From: a bacterium
GTDB lineage: Bacteria > Vulcanimicrobiota > Xenobia > Xenobiales > Xenobiaceae
DNA: 64,000 nt
NCBI GenBank assembly: GCA_022839105.1
Contig: JALHDH010000006.1
Location: 9,726-73,725, forward strand
Direction of reading: 5' to 3'
Made by a program: the position numbers and the translations under genes. A model generated the notes under the pieces. That model saw only the letters and a program-made list of their open reading frames with translations, did no database searches and was not told the DNA's origin. Positions 31,323-39,665 of this stretch are shown piece after piece (positions within the stretch are counted from its first letter, which is position 1; each line of letters begins with the position of its first letter).

Positions 31323-33761
31323 TTGAAGAGTTCCCGGGTTCTCGCTGCCCTCCTGGACGGCCTGGCCTTCGCCGGGCTGTTCTTGGTTCTGCTCTTCCCC
31401 GCGGTGACGGCCTTGACCAGCCTCGGGCATGGGCGGGTCCCCCCCGAACTGGTGGCAGGAGGGGCGCCGGGAGGAGCAGGGGGGATTCTGCTGCAGGTCC
31501 TCTCCCAGAGTGATTCCGGCGGGCAGATGCCGGCTGCGGCTGCCCTGCTTCGGGGCCTCATCCTGCTGGCCGGAGCCCTCTGGCTGCTGAGACCCCGGCG
31601 GATGGACCCCCGACTTCTCGGGGGAACCCTCTGCGCCGGGGGGTACCTGGCCCTGGCCCTGGTCTCCGCCCTGGTCTGTGGGCATCCTCGGGATGCCCTG
31701 ACCGGTTGGGCGAACACCCTGGCCATGGTGTCGTGTTTCCTGGTGGCAGCGGGTCTGGCGCGGCAGTATCGCCATCTGCCGCTCCTGCACCTGGGGGCTC
31801 TGGCCTTCCTTCTGGCCATCGCGCCCGTGCTGCCCGCGGCCTGGTTCATGTTCATCCTGAACCCTGATCCGGACATCGCCCTCTTCGGCTCCTTCTATCA
31901 GCCGAACATGTTCGCGGGCTACCTGCTGCTGGGAGTTCCCCTGGCTTCCGCGTGTTTCTTCTTCCCCGAGGGCCAGGTCCGGGAGGTCCGGGCCCGCAGT
32001 CTTCTGGGCGGGCTCTTCCTGGTCGCCTTCCTGGTCTCCCTGTACTACACCTATTCCCGTTCCGCCTGGGCCTTCGCCTTGTTGGGGACGCTCCTGCCCT
32101 TGGCCCTGGTCCCCGGAGCGGGCGCGGCGCTCCCAGGACGACGGCTCCTGGCCATGGGTCTGTGTCTCGGGGGACTGGGAGGGGGAGCCTTGATGAGCCT
32201 CCGGGGGGAGAGCCTCTGGGCCGGCGGGCTGGTGGTCCTGGGATTGTCGGCCGGGGGCTGGTTGCTGGCCACGCTCCCCAGGGTTCGAGCCCTGGTCCCC
32301 TGGCTGGTCCTGGTCGGCCTGCTGGCCCTGGGCATGGTCTGCACCCTGGCCAAGGGCGAGGATCTGGTGGCCTCGCATGCGGTCCAGCGTGCGGGGCAAC
32401 TGGCCACCGGGCAGGACAATTCGGGGGCGGCGCGAGTGGAATTCTATCGGGCCGCCTGGAAGATGGCCCTGCAGAACCCCTGGCTGGGCGTCGGCCCCGA
32501 GGGATTCCACCGCAGTTATCCGTCCTTCCAGGCCGATCTTCGCTGGTTCGCCAAGTATGCCCATAGCCTGACGATGACTCTTCTGGCCGAGACGGGTTTT
32601 CCGGGAGCACTGCTTTTCTATCTGGCGGTGGGGCTCTGGGGCCGGGTCGGTTGGAAGCGCTCATGCTCTGCCGAGTCGCCTTCGACCCTTCCCTACGCCG
32701 GGCGGACCCTGCGTCTGGGTCTGGGCCTGGGAGTCCTGGTCTTCCTCGGGCACGCCCAGTTCGACGTGGACTTCCAGTTCGTGGCCTTGCCATTCACAGC
32801 AGCCCTGATGGCAGGGCTGGCCGTGGGCCATCCTGCCGAGGGGGAGGAGATTGAAGGACCCGCCCTTCGGCCTCGCTCGCCCTGGTCGATTCGCCCCGCG
32901 CTCGGCCTGCAGTTCCTGGTCAGCCTCCTCCTGCTGGGGGTGGTCTGGGTTGGAGCCCGCTGGGGATTGGGGGATTACCTGGCCAGCCAGGCCAGGCTGG
33001 CCTCAGAGGCCCATCGGGAGGACCTGGCCTTGGACCTGTACCGGGCGGCGACCCGTTGGGATCCCCTGCAAGGGGAGCATGAGCGCCAGGCCGCCCTGAT
33101 CCTCCTGGATGGAATCCTGGTCGGGCGGGGCACCCCCGAGAGCAGGATGGAAGCCTTGCAGAGAACCACGCGGGCCGTGGAACTCGATGCGGGTCGCGCG
33201 GTCAACCACAGCGCTCATGGTCGGGTCCTGGAGGCGCTGGGCCGGTTCGCCGAGGCCGAAGCCAGCTATCGCAAGGCGTTGCAGCTCGATCCGGTCAACT
33301 TCCCCTCCTTCTATCTGGATATAGCCCGGATGATGGCTCAGGGAGGAGATCTCGAAGAGGCCCGCCGGTTCCTGGAGGAGGCCCTGGGGCGCTATCCGCG
33401 AGAGGCCTCTGCGGTCATGTTCACGTTCCGTTCCGCTGCCCTGGACGAACAACTGGCCGAGATCCACCTCCATCTGGCTCTCATGCACCCATCAGGCTCG
33501 TCCGAGCGCCTGGAGAACCTGAAGAAGTCCGTGAGCCTGAATCCAGGTTCCTCCCAGGCCCGTTACGCCCTGGCTGTCGAGGATTTCCAGGAAGGGGTTC
33601 GACTCGAAGCCGCGGGACACCCCGAGAGGGCGCGCCCGGTCTTCCAGAGGGTGCACCGGATCCTGATCGATCTGTACCGAATCTCTCCCGACTTTCCCCC
33701 CCTGCAGAACCATCTCCGGGACCTGGAAGGGCGTGGATTCGGGGTGGAAGCCCGTCCCTGA
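31323..33761 (+). CDS. O-antigen ligase-like (Wzy_C / WaaL-PglL-TfpO family) polytopic membrane protein with C-terminal TPR domain
   Basis: YYTYSRSAWAFALLGTLL and KYAHSLTMTLLAETGFPGALLFYL are typical Wzy_C-region motifs among >10 TM segments. C-terminal TPRs are RWDPLQGEH, ELDAGRAVNH, QLDPVNFPS and SLNPGSSQA. The start is uncertain (TTG 31323 chosen). The ORF-track start at 30699 overlaps the previous gene. Confidence 0.75.
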   Translation: MKSSRVLAALLDGLAFAGLFLVLLFPAVTALTSLGHGRVPPELVAGGAPGGAGGILLQVLSQSDSGGQMPAAAALLRGLILLAGALWLLRPRRMDPRLLGGTLCAGGYLALALVSALVCGHPRDALTGWANTLAMVSCFLVAAGLARQYRHLPLLHLGALAFLLAIAPVLPAAWFMFILNPDPDIALFGSFYQPNMFAGYLLLGVPLASACFFFPEGQVREVRARSLLGGLFLVAFLVSLYYTYSRSAWAFALLGTLLPLALVPGAGAALPGRRLLAMGLCLGGLGGGALMSLRGESLWAGGLVVLGLSAGGWLLATLPRVRALVPWLVLVGLLALGMVCTLAKGEDLVASHAVQRAGQLATGQDNSGAARVEFYRAAWKMALQNPWLGVGPEGFHRSYPSFQADLRWFAKYAHSLTMTLLAETGFPGALLFYLAVGLWGRVGWKRSCSAESPSTLPYAGRTLRLGLGLGVLVFLGHAQFDVDFQFVALPFTAALMAGLAVGHPAEGEEIEGPALRPRSPWSIRPALGLQFLVSLLLLGVVWVGARWGLGDYLASQARLASEAHREDLALDLYRAATRWDPLQGEHERQAALILLDGILVGRGTPESRMEALQRTTRAVELDAGRAVNHSAHGRVLEALGRFAEAEASYRKALQLDPVNFPSFYLDIARMMAQGGDLEEARRFLEEALGRYPREASAVMFTFRSAALDEQLAEIHLHLALMHPSGSSERLENLKKSVSLNPGSSQARYALAVEDFQEGVRLEAAGHPERARPVFQRVHRILIDLYRISPDFPPLQNHLRDLEGRGFGVEARP

Positions 33762-33773
33762 AGCCCGAAGACG

Positions 33774-33802
33774 CGAAGGCGCACCCTCACGGGCGCGCCT
33801 TT
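33774..33802. terminator. Weak stem-loop between convergent genes
   Basis: AAGGCGC (33776-33782) pairs with GCGCCTT (33795-33801) around a 12-nt loop. It lies between stops at 33761 (+) and 33827 (-). Confidence 0.3.
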
Positions 33803-33826
33803 CCCTTCAGGATGAGGTCCGTGGGT

Positions 33827-34618
33827 TCAGCGGGCAGCCATGTGGTTCCCATCCAGGCCGCTGCGGACCGCATAGAAGATGAAGTTGCCGTCCGGGTGGG
33901 ACGGGGCCGTGTTCATCGCCTGCTTGGTGGTGGTCCGCAAGGCCCCCGTGGCCGGATCGGCAAAGGTGACCGTGTCCCCCTCGGTCTTGACGATGGTGAC
34001 GATATGACCCCGTCCCGAAGGCGAGAACTCGGGGCCGTTGAGCCCGACGATGACCGGGGTCTTCTCGTTGTTGACCTTGTGGTCGATCAACTCCCAGGAA
34101 GAGGCGGAAATCTCACCGCCATCGCGCCAGCGGAAGCCTGCCGAGGCCGATTCGCTGTTCAGGGCGTTGAGGAGTTCGAAGCCGTAGCGGCCATTGATGT
34201 CGTGGTCCTGCAGGTTCTTGCCCGTCAGGCTGTTGACCGCCATCGCGACGCTGGTCTGGCCACAGGAGATGTCGTTGTTCTGGGCCAGGCACTGGAGGTT
34301 CATCGATCCGGCGCGGGTGGCCCCGAAGATCGAAGGGTCCAGGCCGGCCGGCTGACGCATCAGGCTCCAGAGCTGAGGGTTCACGCCCTGGATGCCCCCC
34401 ATGGTCAGGGGCGTACTGCCCGAGGCAGAAGGCGCCAGGGCCTGAGGGATGGGGGCCCGCTCCATGCGCTCGAAAACGTGCTGGAAGGCGCCAGAATCGA
34501 CCGGTGGACCCTGGCTGATCCGGTTCTCGATCTGCTCGATCCGGCTCATGACCTGGTTGATGTTCTCGAGCATTCGGGCCTCCTCGATTCTTTGAAAGCG
34601 ATGGAATTCTCGCACCAT
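33827..34618 (-). CDS. Papain-fold cysteine peptidase, C39-like (Peptidase_C39_2-type), with ~110-aa non-catalytic N-terminal region
   Basis: LQCLAQNNDISCGQTSVAMAVN gives the Gln...Cys nucleophile context. GRGHIVTIVKTEGDTVTFADPATG gives the His context. No signal peptide is obvious. Composition is normal, unlike the overlapping plus-strand ORF. Confidence 0.65.
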   Translation of the reverse strand: MVREFHRFQRIEEARMLENINQVMSRIEQIENRISQGPPVDSGAFQHVFERMERAPIPQALAPSASGSTPLTMGGIQGVNPQLWSLMRQPAGLDPSIFGATRAGSMNLQCLAQNNDISCGQTSVAMAVNSLTGKNLQDHDINGRYGFELLNALNSESASAGFRWRDGGEISASSWELIDHKVNNEKTPVIVGLNGPEFSPSGRGHIVTIVKTEGDTVTFADPATGALRTTTKQAMNTAPSHPDGNFIFYAVRSGLDGNHMAAR

Positions 34619-34727
34619 GATTGTACTCCATGGGCGGGAATCTTGCCTGCGCAGGGCTGTAAATCTTTTGTGAACATGGGCTTCCGAACAGGTCGGGAGC
34701 CCCGTGGAAACGGGGTTTCTTGCAAGG

Positions 34728-34736
34728 TGCTATACT
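34728..34736 (+). promoter_or_regulatory. Extended -10-like element TGcTATACT upstream of the P-type ATPase gene
   Basis: TGCTATACT matches TGnTATAAT at 8 of 9 positions. No good -35 is present. It lies ~32 nt upstream of the GAGGAGG RBS. This is a motif-level call only. Confidence 0.3.
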
Positions 34737-34767
34737 GGCCTGGAGGGCGCTTGAGGAGGTGGCTGGC

Positions 34768-37227
34768 TTGTCACGCACCTGGGTCGGGAACTCACCGGTC
34801 CGACTGGAGGGGGAGGAGTGCCCCCGGTGCCGCGACTCGGTTCTGGACCAGTTGAAGAGGACCCCCGGCGTCCGGACCGTCGAGTGCGATTCAGGGGGCA
34901 GGATCCTGGTCCAGCACGATCCCGACCGGGTCACCGGGGAGGAGCTGGACCGGATTCTCGGCGCCGCTCCCGAGGGGCTGGAGCATCGGATCGTGCCGGT
35001 CCGAGGGATGGACTGCCCCGACTGCGCGGCCACCATCGAGGCCGTGCTGGCCCGCACTCCCGGGATCCGTTTCGCTTCCCTGAACTTCGCGGCCCAGCGG
35101 CTCATGTTGGAATTCGACCCCTCGCAGATCACCCTGCCGAGCATCGAGCGGGTGATCCGGCGCCTGGGTTATCGGGTTCCCACCCCGGGTGATTCCCCGC
35201 GCGAGCGCCTCTTCGACCTCCGCCTCCTCGAGGTCCGCCTGGTCCTGGCCTGCGGCCTTCTCCTGCTCCTGGGGGTCGGGGCCTGGTCGACCCTGGGGGA
35301 GGGGGCCTGGCTTCCTGGGGGGCTCTGGACCCTGGCCGCCCTGCTCGGGGGCTGGACCCCTGCGCGCCGGGCGCTGGGGGCCCTTCGGGGCCACCAGGTC
35401 GACATGAACTGTCTGATGATCCTGGCCGTCGGGGGAGCCCTGCTCCTGGGCGAGGCCGCGGAAGCAGCAACGGTGGTCTTCCTGTTCTCGTTGGGAGAGA
35501 TGCTGGAAGGCTTCGCTGCCCGACGCTCGCACCGGGCGGTGGAGTTGCTCCTCGAGCAGCGCCCGGAGGTGGCCCGGGTCGAGCGCGAGGGCCAGTTCGT
35601 CGAGGTTCCGGCACGGGAGGTCGACGTCGGCGAGTCGGTGTCGATCCGGCCCGGGGAACAGGTCCCTCTGGACGGCCGCGTGATCCAGGGGCGCTCCACC
35701 GTGGACCAGGCCTCGGTGACCGGTGAGTCGGTCCCGGTCGAGAAGGCTCCAGGGGACGAGGTCTTCGCCGGGACGCTCAACCAGGCCGGAGCCCTGCGGG
35801 TGGAGGTCACGCTGCCTTATGAGGACTCAACCCTGGCCCGGGTCCTCCAGGTCGTCGAGCAGGCCCAGACGCGCAAGAGCGACCAGCAGCGCTTCGTCGA
35901 TGCCTTCGCAGCGCGTTATACCCCGGCCGTGGTCCTGGGGGCCCTCCTTCTGGCCACCCTGGGCCCCTGGTTGCTGGGCGGGAACTTCTCGGAGTGGGCC
36001 TACCGGGCCCTGGTCCTGCTGGTGATCGCCTGCCCCTGCGCCCTGGTGATCTCGACGCCCGTCTCGGTGGTCTCGGCCCTGACCGGCGCCTTGCGCCAGG
36101 GGATCCTGATCAAGGGAGGGATCTCTCTCGAGAGGCTGGCCCGGGCCCGGGTCTTTGCCCTGGACAAGACCGGAACCCTGACTCGAGGCAGCCTGCAGGT
36201 GGTCTCCCTCCACCCCATGGGCGGGCTCACCTCGACGGAGTTGCTGGCCCTGGCTGCGGCGACGGAGGCCAATTCGGAACACCCCCTGGGGCTGGCCCTG
36301 GTGCGCCACGCCCTGGACCACGGGATCCGACCTGAGCCGGCCGAGGAGTTCCAGGCCCTTCCCGGTCGCGGGGCCTGGGCCAGGGTGCAGGGCTCTTCCG
36401 TCGAGGTCGGCCGTCCCGAGCTCTTCGCTGGGAGCCTGGATCCGGAAGCCAGGGCCCTCGTGGAAGTCCTGCGTGATCAGGGGCAGACGGTGGTGGCCGT
36501 GGTCCGGGAACTCGTCCCCGTGGGGCTGGTGTCCTTCTCGGATGCGCCCCGATCGGAGGCGGCGGCAGCCTTGGAGGAGTTGCGAACCCTGGGGCAACGG
36601 CTGGTCCTGGTGACCGGCGACCATCCTCGTGCGGCCGCGCCCCTGGCCATGCGGCTCGGCATCCAGGAGGTGCACGCCGGCCTGATGCCCGAGGGGAAGC
36701 TGGCCGTGCTGCGACGCTTCGAGGAAGAGGGGCACCCCGTCGTGATGGTCGGCGACGGGATCAACGATTCTCCGGCCCTGGCCGCGGCCACAGTGGGAGT
36801 CTCGCTGGGGGCTGCCGGCTCGGCCGTGGCCCTGGAGACCGCCGACGTGGCCCTCATGGGTGACGATCTGCGAGGCCTGCCGGCCGCCCTGCGTCTGGCG
36901 CGCCGGGCTCGGGCGGTGATCCTTCAGAACATCGCCTTTGCCCTGGTGCTCAAGGCGCTCTTCCTGTTGCTGGCGCTGACGGGCCATGCGGGGATGTGGA
37001 TGGCCATCGCGGCCGACATGGGGGCCTCCCTCCTGGTGACGGCCAACGGCCTGCGGCTGGTGGGTGCGGCCTCGAGGTCCGGCCTTCCCGACGGAGCAGG
37101 CCACCCGGAGGGCGCAGGGCATGAACACGGGCCAGGCAGGGCCTCAGAGGAGGAGGCCGGACACCACGAGGACTCCGAGCCTCCCCCCGGCCATGGTCAC
37201 AAAGGCTGCGGCTGCAGCGGGTGCTGA
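34768..37227 (+). CDS. Heavy-metal P1B-type ATPase, Zn/Cd/Pb (ZntA/CadA-like) subtype
   Basis: A degenerate HMA (ECPRC) is followed by a canonical HMA (GMDCPDCA). Other motifs: TGES (SVTGESVP), CPC (IACPCALVISTP), DKTGTLT, GDGINDSPAL and last-TM ADMGASLLV (DxG). The tail is His/Cys-rich (GHEHG...GHHED...GHGHKGCGCSGC). TTG 34768 lies 8 nt after GAGGAGG. The ORF-track TTG 34720 lies in a hairpin/promoter region. Confidence 0.9.
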   Translation: MSRTWVGNSPVRLEGEECPRCRDSVLDQLKRTPGVRTVECDSGGRILVQHDPDRVTGEELDRILGAAPEGLEHRIVPVRGMDCPDCAATIEAVLARTPGIRFASLNFAAQRLMLEFDPSQITLPSIERVIRRLGYRVPTPGDSPRERLFDLRLLEVRLVLACGLLLLLGVGAWSTLGEGAWLPGGLWTLAALLGGWTPARRALGALRGHQVDMNCLMILAVGGALLLGEAAEAATVVFLFSLGEMLEGFAARRSHRAVELLLEQRPEVARVEREGQFVEVPAREVDVGESVSIRPGEQVPLDGRVIQGRSTVDQASVTGESVPVEKAPGDEVFAGTLNQAGALRVEVTLPYEDSTLARVLQVVEQAQTRKSDQQRFVDAFAARYTPAVVLGALLLATLGPWLLGGNFSEWAYRALVLLVIACPCALVISTPVSVVSALTGALRQGILIKGGISLERLARARVFALDKTGTLTRGSLQVVSLHPMGGLTSTELLALAAATEANSEHPLGLALVRHALDHGIRPEPAEEFQALPGRGAWARVQGSSVEVGRPELFAGSLDPEARALVEVLRDQGQTVVAVVRELVPVGLVSFSDAPRSEAAAALEELRTLGQRLVLVTGDHPRAAAPLAMRLGIQEVHAGLMPEGKLAVLRRFEEEGHPVVMVGDGINDSPALAAATVGVSLGAAGSAVALETADVALMGDDLRGLPAALRLARRARAVILQNIAFALVLKALFLLLALTGHAGMWMAIAADMGASLLVTANGLRLVGAASRSGLPDGAGHPEGAGHEHGPGRASEEEAGHHEDSEPPPGHGHKGCGCSGC

Positions 37228-37231
37228 ACGC

Positions 37232-38230
37232 CTAGAGCGGCAGATCCGCCAGGAGGGGGAACTCCCTGCGGAAGCTGCCGTCCAGGATTTCTCGGACATG
37301 CTGCACCCTCTGGCCGGCCACCGGGACGAACTCCTCCCCGCCATAGGCATCGGCGTATTCGTTCCAGGGGCCCTCGCAGATCCGGAAGAAGCGACAGGAA
37401 CGGCAGGGAGGGAACTTCTCCTTGATCTGGAGGCGGACATTGGACCAGTTCTCGACGCCCCGGTCGCTGCCGTACTGGTTGAGCTCGACGTAGTCCTCGA
37501 GCTGCTGGCCGATCTCGGTGATGTGGCTCTCGTACCCCTCCATGTGGCAGTACACGAAGGTCTCGGCGTCGGCGCCGCGTCCGGCAGCCCGAATCCGGTC
37601 CAGGGCCTGATGCAGGTAGGGAACGACATCCCGGTAGCGGGGGACGACCTGGTCCCAGAGCTTGCGGGCGCGTCCCTGGGCGTGGGGGAAGGCGATGCTG
37701 ACGTGGCAGCTTCCCAATTCGATCAGGCGCTCGCAGGTCTCGGGCAGGACCTTGTAGTTCAGGCGGGAGAGGACCACCTTGCTGGTCACGCATTGCCCCA
37801 GCCCGACCAGGTTGGTGATGCCCTGGACGGTCTCGGCGAAGGAGCCCGGACGGGTGGTGACCGCATCGTGGATCTCGGCGGAGGGTCCGTGCAGGGCGAT
37901 GCAGTAGGAGATCCCGCCCAGGGCGGCCGCCTCCCGGGCCAGTTCGGGATCGGCGAAGCCCCTCCCGTTGCTCTGGATCAGGATCTCGAAACCCAGTTGC
38001 CTGGCGAAGCGCAGGATCTCCTTGAAGTCCTTGCGGATCGAGGGCTCGCCCCCGGTGATCACGACCTGGTCCCCGCGGGTTCGGGCATCGCTCAGCTCGG
38101 CCTGGATCTCCTCGAGGGTCTTGTCCTGCCTGCGCCCGGTGTGCTTCAGGGTGTCCCGAAAATCGTCCACGACGCAGTGGATGCACGCGTCGTTGCAGCT
38201 ATAACCGACCTTCAAATCGATGCGGCCCAT
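37232..38230 (-). CDS. Radical SAM enzyme with C-terminal SPASM/twitch-like Cys cluster
   Basis: MGRIDLKVGYSCNDACIHCVV carries CX3CX2C. VVITGGEPS is present. The C-terminus reads CRSCRFFRICEGPW. ATG 38230; the upstream extension of the ORF-track ORF is Arg/Ser-rich. Confidence 0.8.
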   Translation of the reverse strand: MGRIDLKVGYSCNDACIHCVVDDFRDTLKHTGRRQDKTLEEIQAELSDARTRGDQVVITGGEPSIRKDFKEILRFARQLGFEILIQSNGRGFADPELAREAAALGGISYCIALHGPSAEIHDAVTTRPGSFAETVQGITNLVGLGQCVTSKVVLSRLNYKVLPETCERLIELGSCHVSIAFPHAQGRARKLWDQVVPRYRDVVPYLHQALDRIRAAGRGADAETFVYCHMEGYESHITEIGQQLEDYVELNQYGSDRGVENWSNVRLQIKEKFPPCRSCRFFRICEGPWNEYADAYGGEEFVPVAGQRVQHVREILDGSFRREFPLLADLPL

Positions 38231-38303
38231 GCCCGCTTTTTCGTGGCCAGCCCCGGAGTGCCTGCAGGGGCACCCGCCTGCGCGCAGAACCCAGGTCCTG
38301 CCG

Positions 38304-39617
38304 ATGAGTTCTTTCAGTGCCAGCGACCCCTCCCTGATCGTCCGCAACGCGGATCTCGCCCCTTTCCGAAGGGGCTCCCGCTGGCTGGTCCTGGCCAGCC
38401 GGACCGGGGCTTCGATCCTGCTGGAAGGCCCGCGTCTGAAGCTCTTCGGAACCCTGGCCCGCCCCCTCTCCGTGCAGAAGGTGCACGAACTCAATCCGGA
38501 GCTCCCCGAAGTCGAGATCCAGGCCCTGCTCGGAGAACTCTACCAGGCCGGGATGCTGCAGGTCGCCGGGTACTGCGTCGCCCCTCCGGAACGGGAAAGG
38601 CCCCCTCTTCCCCAGATCTCGCGCCTGACCCTGAGGGTGGCGCCGGGTTGCAGCCCTTCCTGCCCGGAATGCGCGCTGCGGCACCTTGAGGGCCCTGTCC
38701 TGGAGTCCGCCGAGGCGGTGCGCCTGGTCGAGGAGGGCATGGAGAGGCTGGCGGCAGGCCCGACCTGCCTGGATCTGACCGGAGGCGAACCCCTGCGGGC
38801 CCCCGAGGCCATCGAGGCCGCCATCGTGCGGGCTCGGGAGTTGCGTCCGGGGCTGCAGGTGGCCGTGCGAACCGGAGGCTGGCTGGTCGATCCCGAGAGG
38901 GCGGCCTGGCTCGAAAGGCTCGGCGCGTGCGTGGTCCTCTGCCTGCACGAGGCTCCGGGGCGTCCAGGGCTGGAAGAAGGTCCGTTGGCTGTTCAGGCCG
39001 CCGAGGCCCTCCGTCTGCTTCCCGAAATGCTGGGCACAGGCCTGGCCTGTGCGCCGGTGGGGGTGGCCCGTCGGCCGGGTCAGGGGCAGGAGTTCTTCAA
39101 CCTCTTCATGGGGATGGGCTATCGGACCATGCGACTGGAGTTCCCGGCTCCGGCCCGGGATCAGGAGGATCGCGATGGAATCCTCGAGGCCATGGGGGAC
39201 GATCTGCTGGCCGTGGCGGAAGCGATCTGCCGCTATGAGGAGGGGGTTCCTGTCCGGGTCCGGGTCCATCCCCTGGAGGAGATGATCGCAAGGCTGGCCA
39301 GCGGCCAGGCGCACCCGGCCTGTGGACATCCGGAATGCTCTTCGCGGGTGCAGGCCCTGGAACTGGGGCTTGATCGCCCTGGAACCTGCCTTCGGGCCGA
39401 AAGGCCGGCCGCCGAGACCCACCCGCGCTGTTCCCGTTGCCCCTTCTGGAACGTGTGCGGGGGAGGGTGTCGGCATGACCGGGCGGATCGCGAACTGGAT
39501 CCGCGCTGCCGGATGTGGCTGAGGGCCTACGAGGGCCTGCTCTGGCTCATGCACGAGCACCCCGCCTGGGCTTCTCGGCGCGAAGGGCTCCAGGCGGGGG
39601 TGGTCCAGCCAGCGTAG
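38304..39617 (+). CDS. Radical SAM/SPASM enzyme with N-terminal PqqD-like (RRE-type) domain
   Basis: N-terminus WLVLASRTGASILLEGPRLKLFGTLARPLSVQKVHELNPELPEVEIQALLGELYQAGML is PqqD-like. The CX3CX2C is GCSPSCPEC, with Glu where an aromatic residue is usual. LDLTGGEPL is present. The C-terminus reads CSRCPFWNVCGGGC. ATG 38304. Confidence 0.75.
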   Translation: MSSFSASDPSLIVRNADLAPFRRGSRWLVLASRTGASILLEGPRLKLFGTLARPLSVQKVHELNPELPEVEIQALLGELYQAGMLQVAGYCVAPPERERPPLPQISRLTLRVAPGCSPSCPECALRHLEGPVLESAEAVRLVEEGMERLAAGPTCLDLTGGEPLRAPEAIEAAIVRARELRPGLQVAVRTGGWLVDPERAAWLERLGACVVLCLHEAPGRPGLEEGPLAVQAAEALRLLPEMLGTGLACAPVGVARRPGQGQEFFNLFMGMGYRTMRLEFPAPARDQEDRDGILEAMGDDLLAVAEAICRYEEGVPVRVRVHPLEEMIARLASGQAHPACGHPECSSRVQALELGLDRPGTCLRAERPAAETHPRCSRCPFWNVCGGGCRHDRADRELDPRCRMWLRAYEGLLWLMHEHPAWASRREGLQAGVVQPA

Positions 39618-39653
39618 ACCCCGAGTTTCCCCAGCAGATCCTGGGCTCGGGGT
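39618..39653. terminator. Compound stem-loop between convergent genes
   Basis: ACCCCGAG...CCCAG-cagatc-CTGGG...CTCGGGGT lies between stops at 39617 (+) and 39666 (-). Confidence 0.5.
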
Positions 39654-39665
39654 CTCCAGGCGGCT

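Noticed and set aside
34720-34767. TTG 34720 as the start of the P-type ATPase (ORF-track coordinate)
   Set aside because: It lies inside the T-tail of a hairpin and upstream of the extended -10-like element. The GAGGAGG RBS is positioned for TTG 34768 instead.
38220-38303. ATG 38220 as the start of the plus-strand radical SAM gene
   Set aside because: It would overlap the divergent gene's start codon region (ATG at 38230 on the minus strand). It would also add a Pro/Arg-rich 28-aa extension. ATG 38304 starts directly at the PqqD-like domain.
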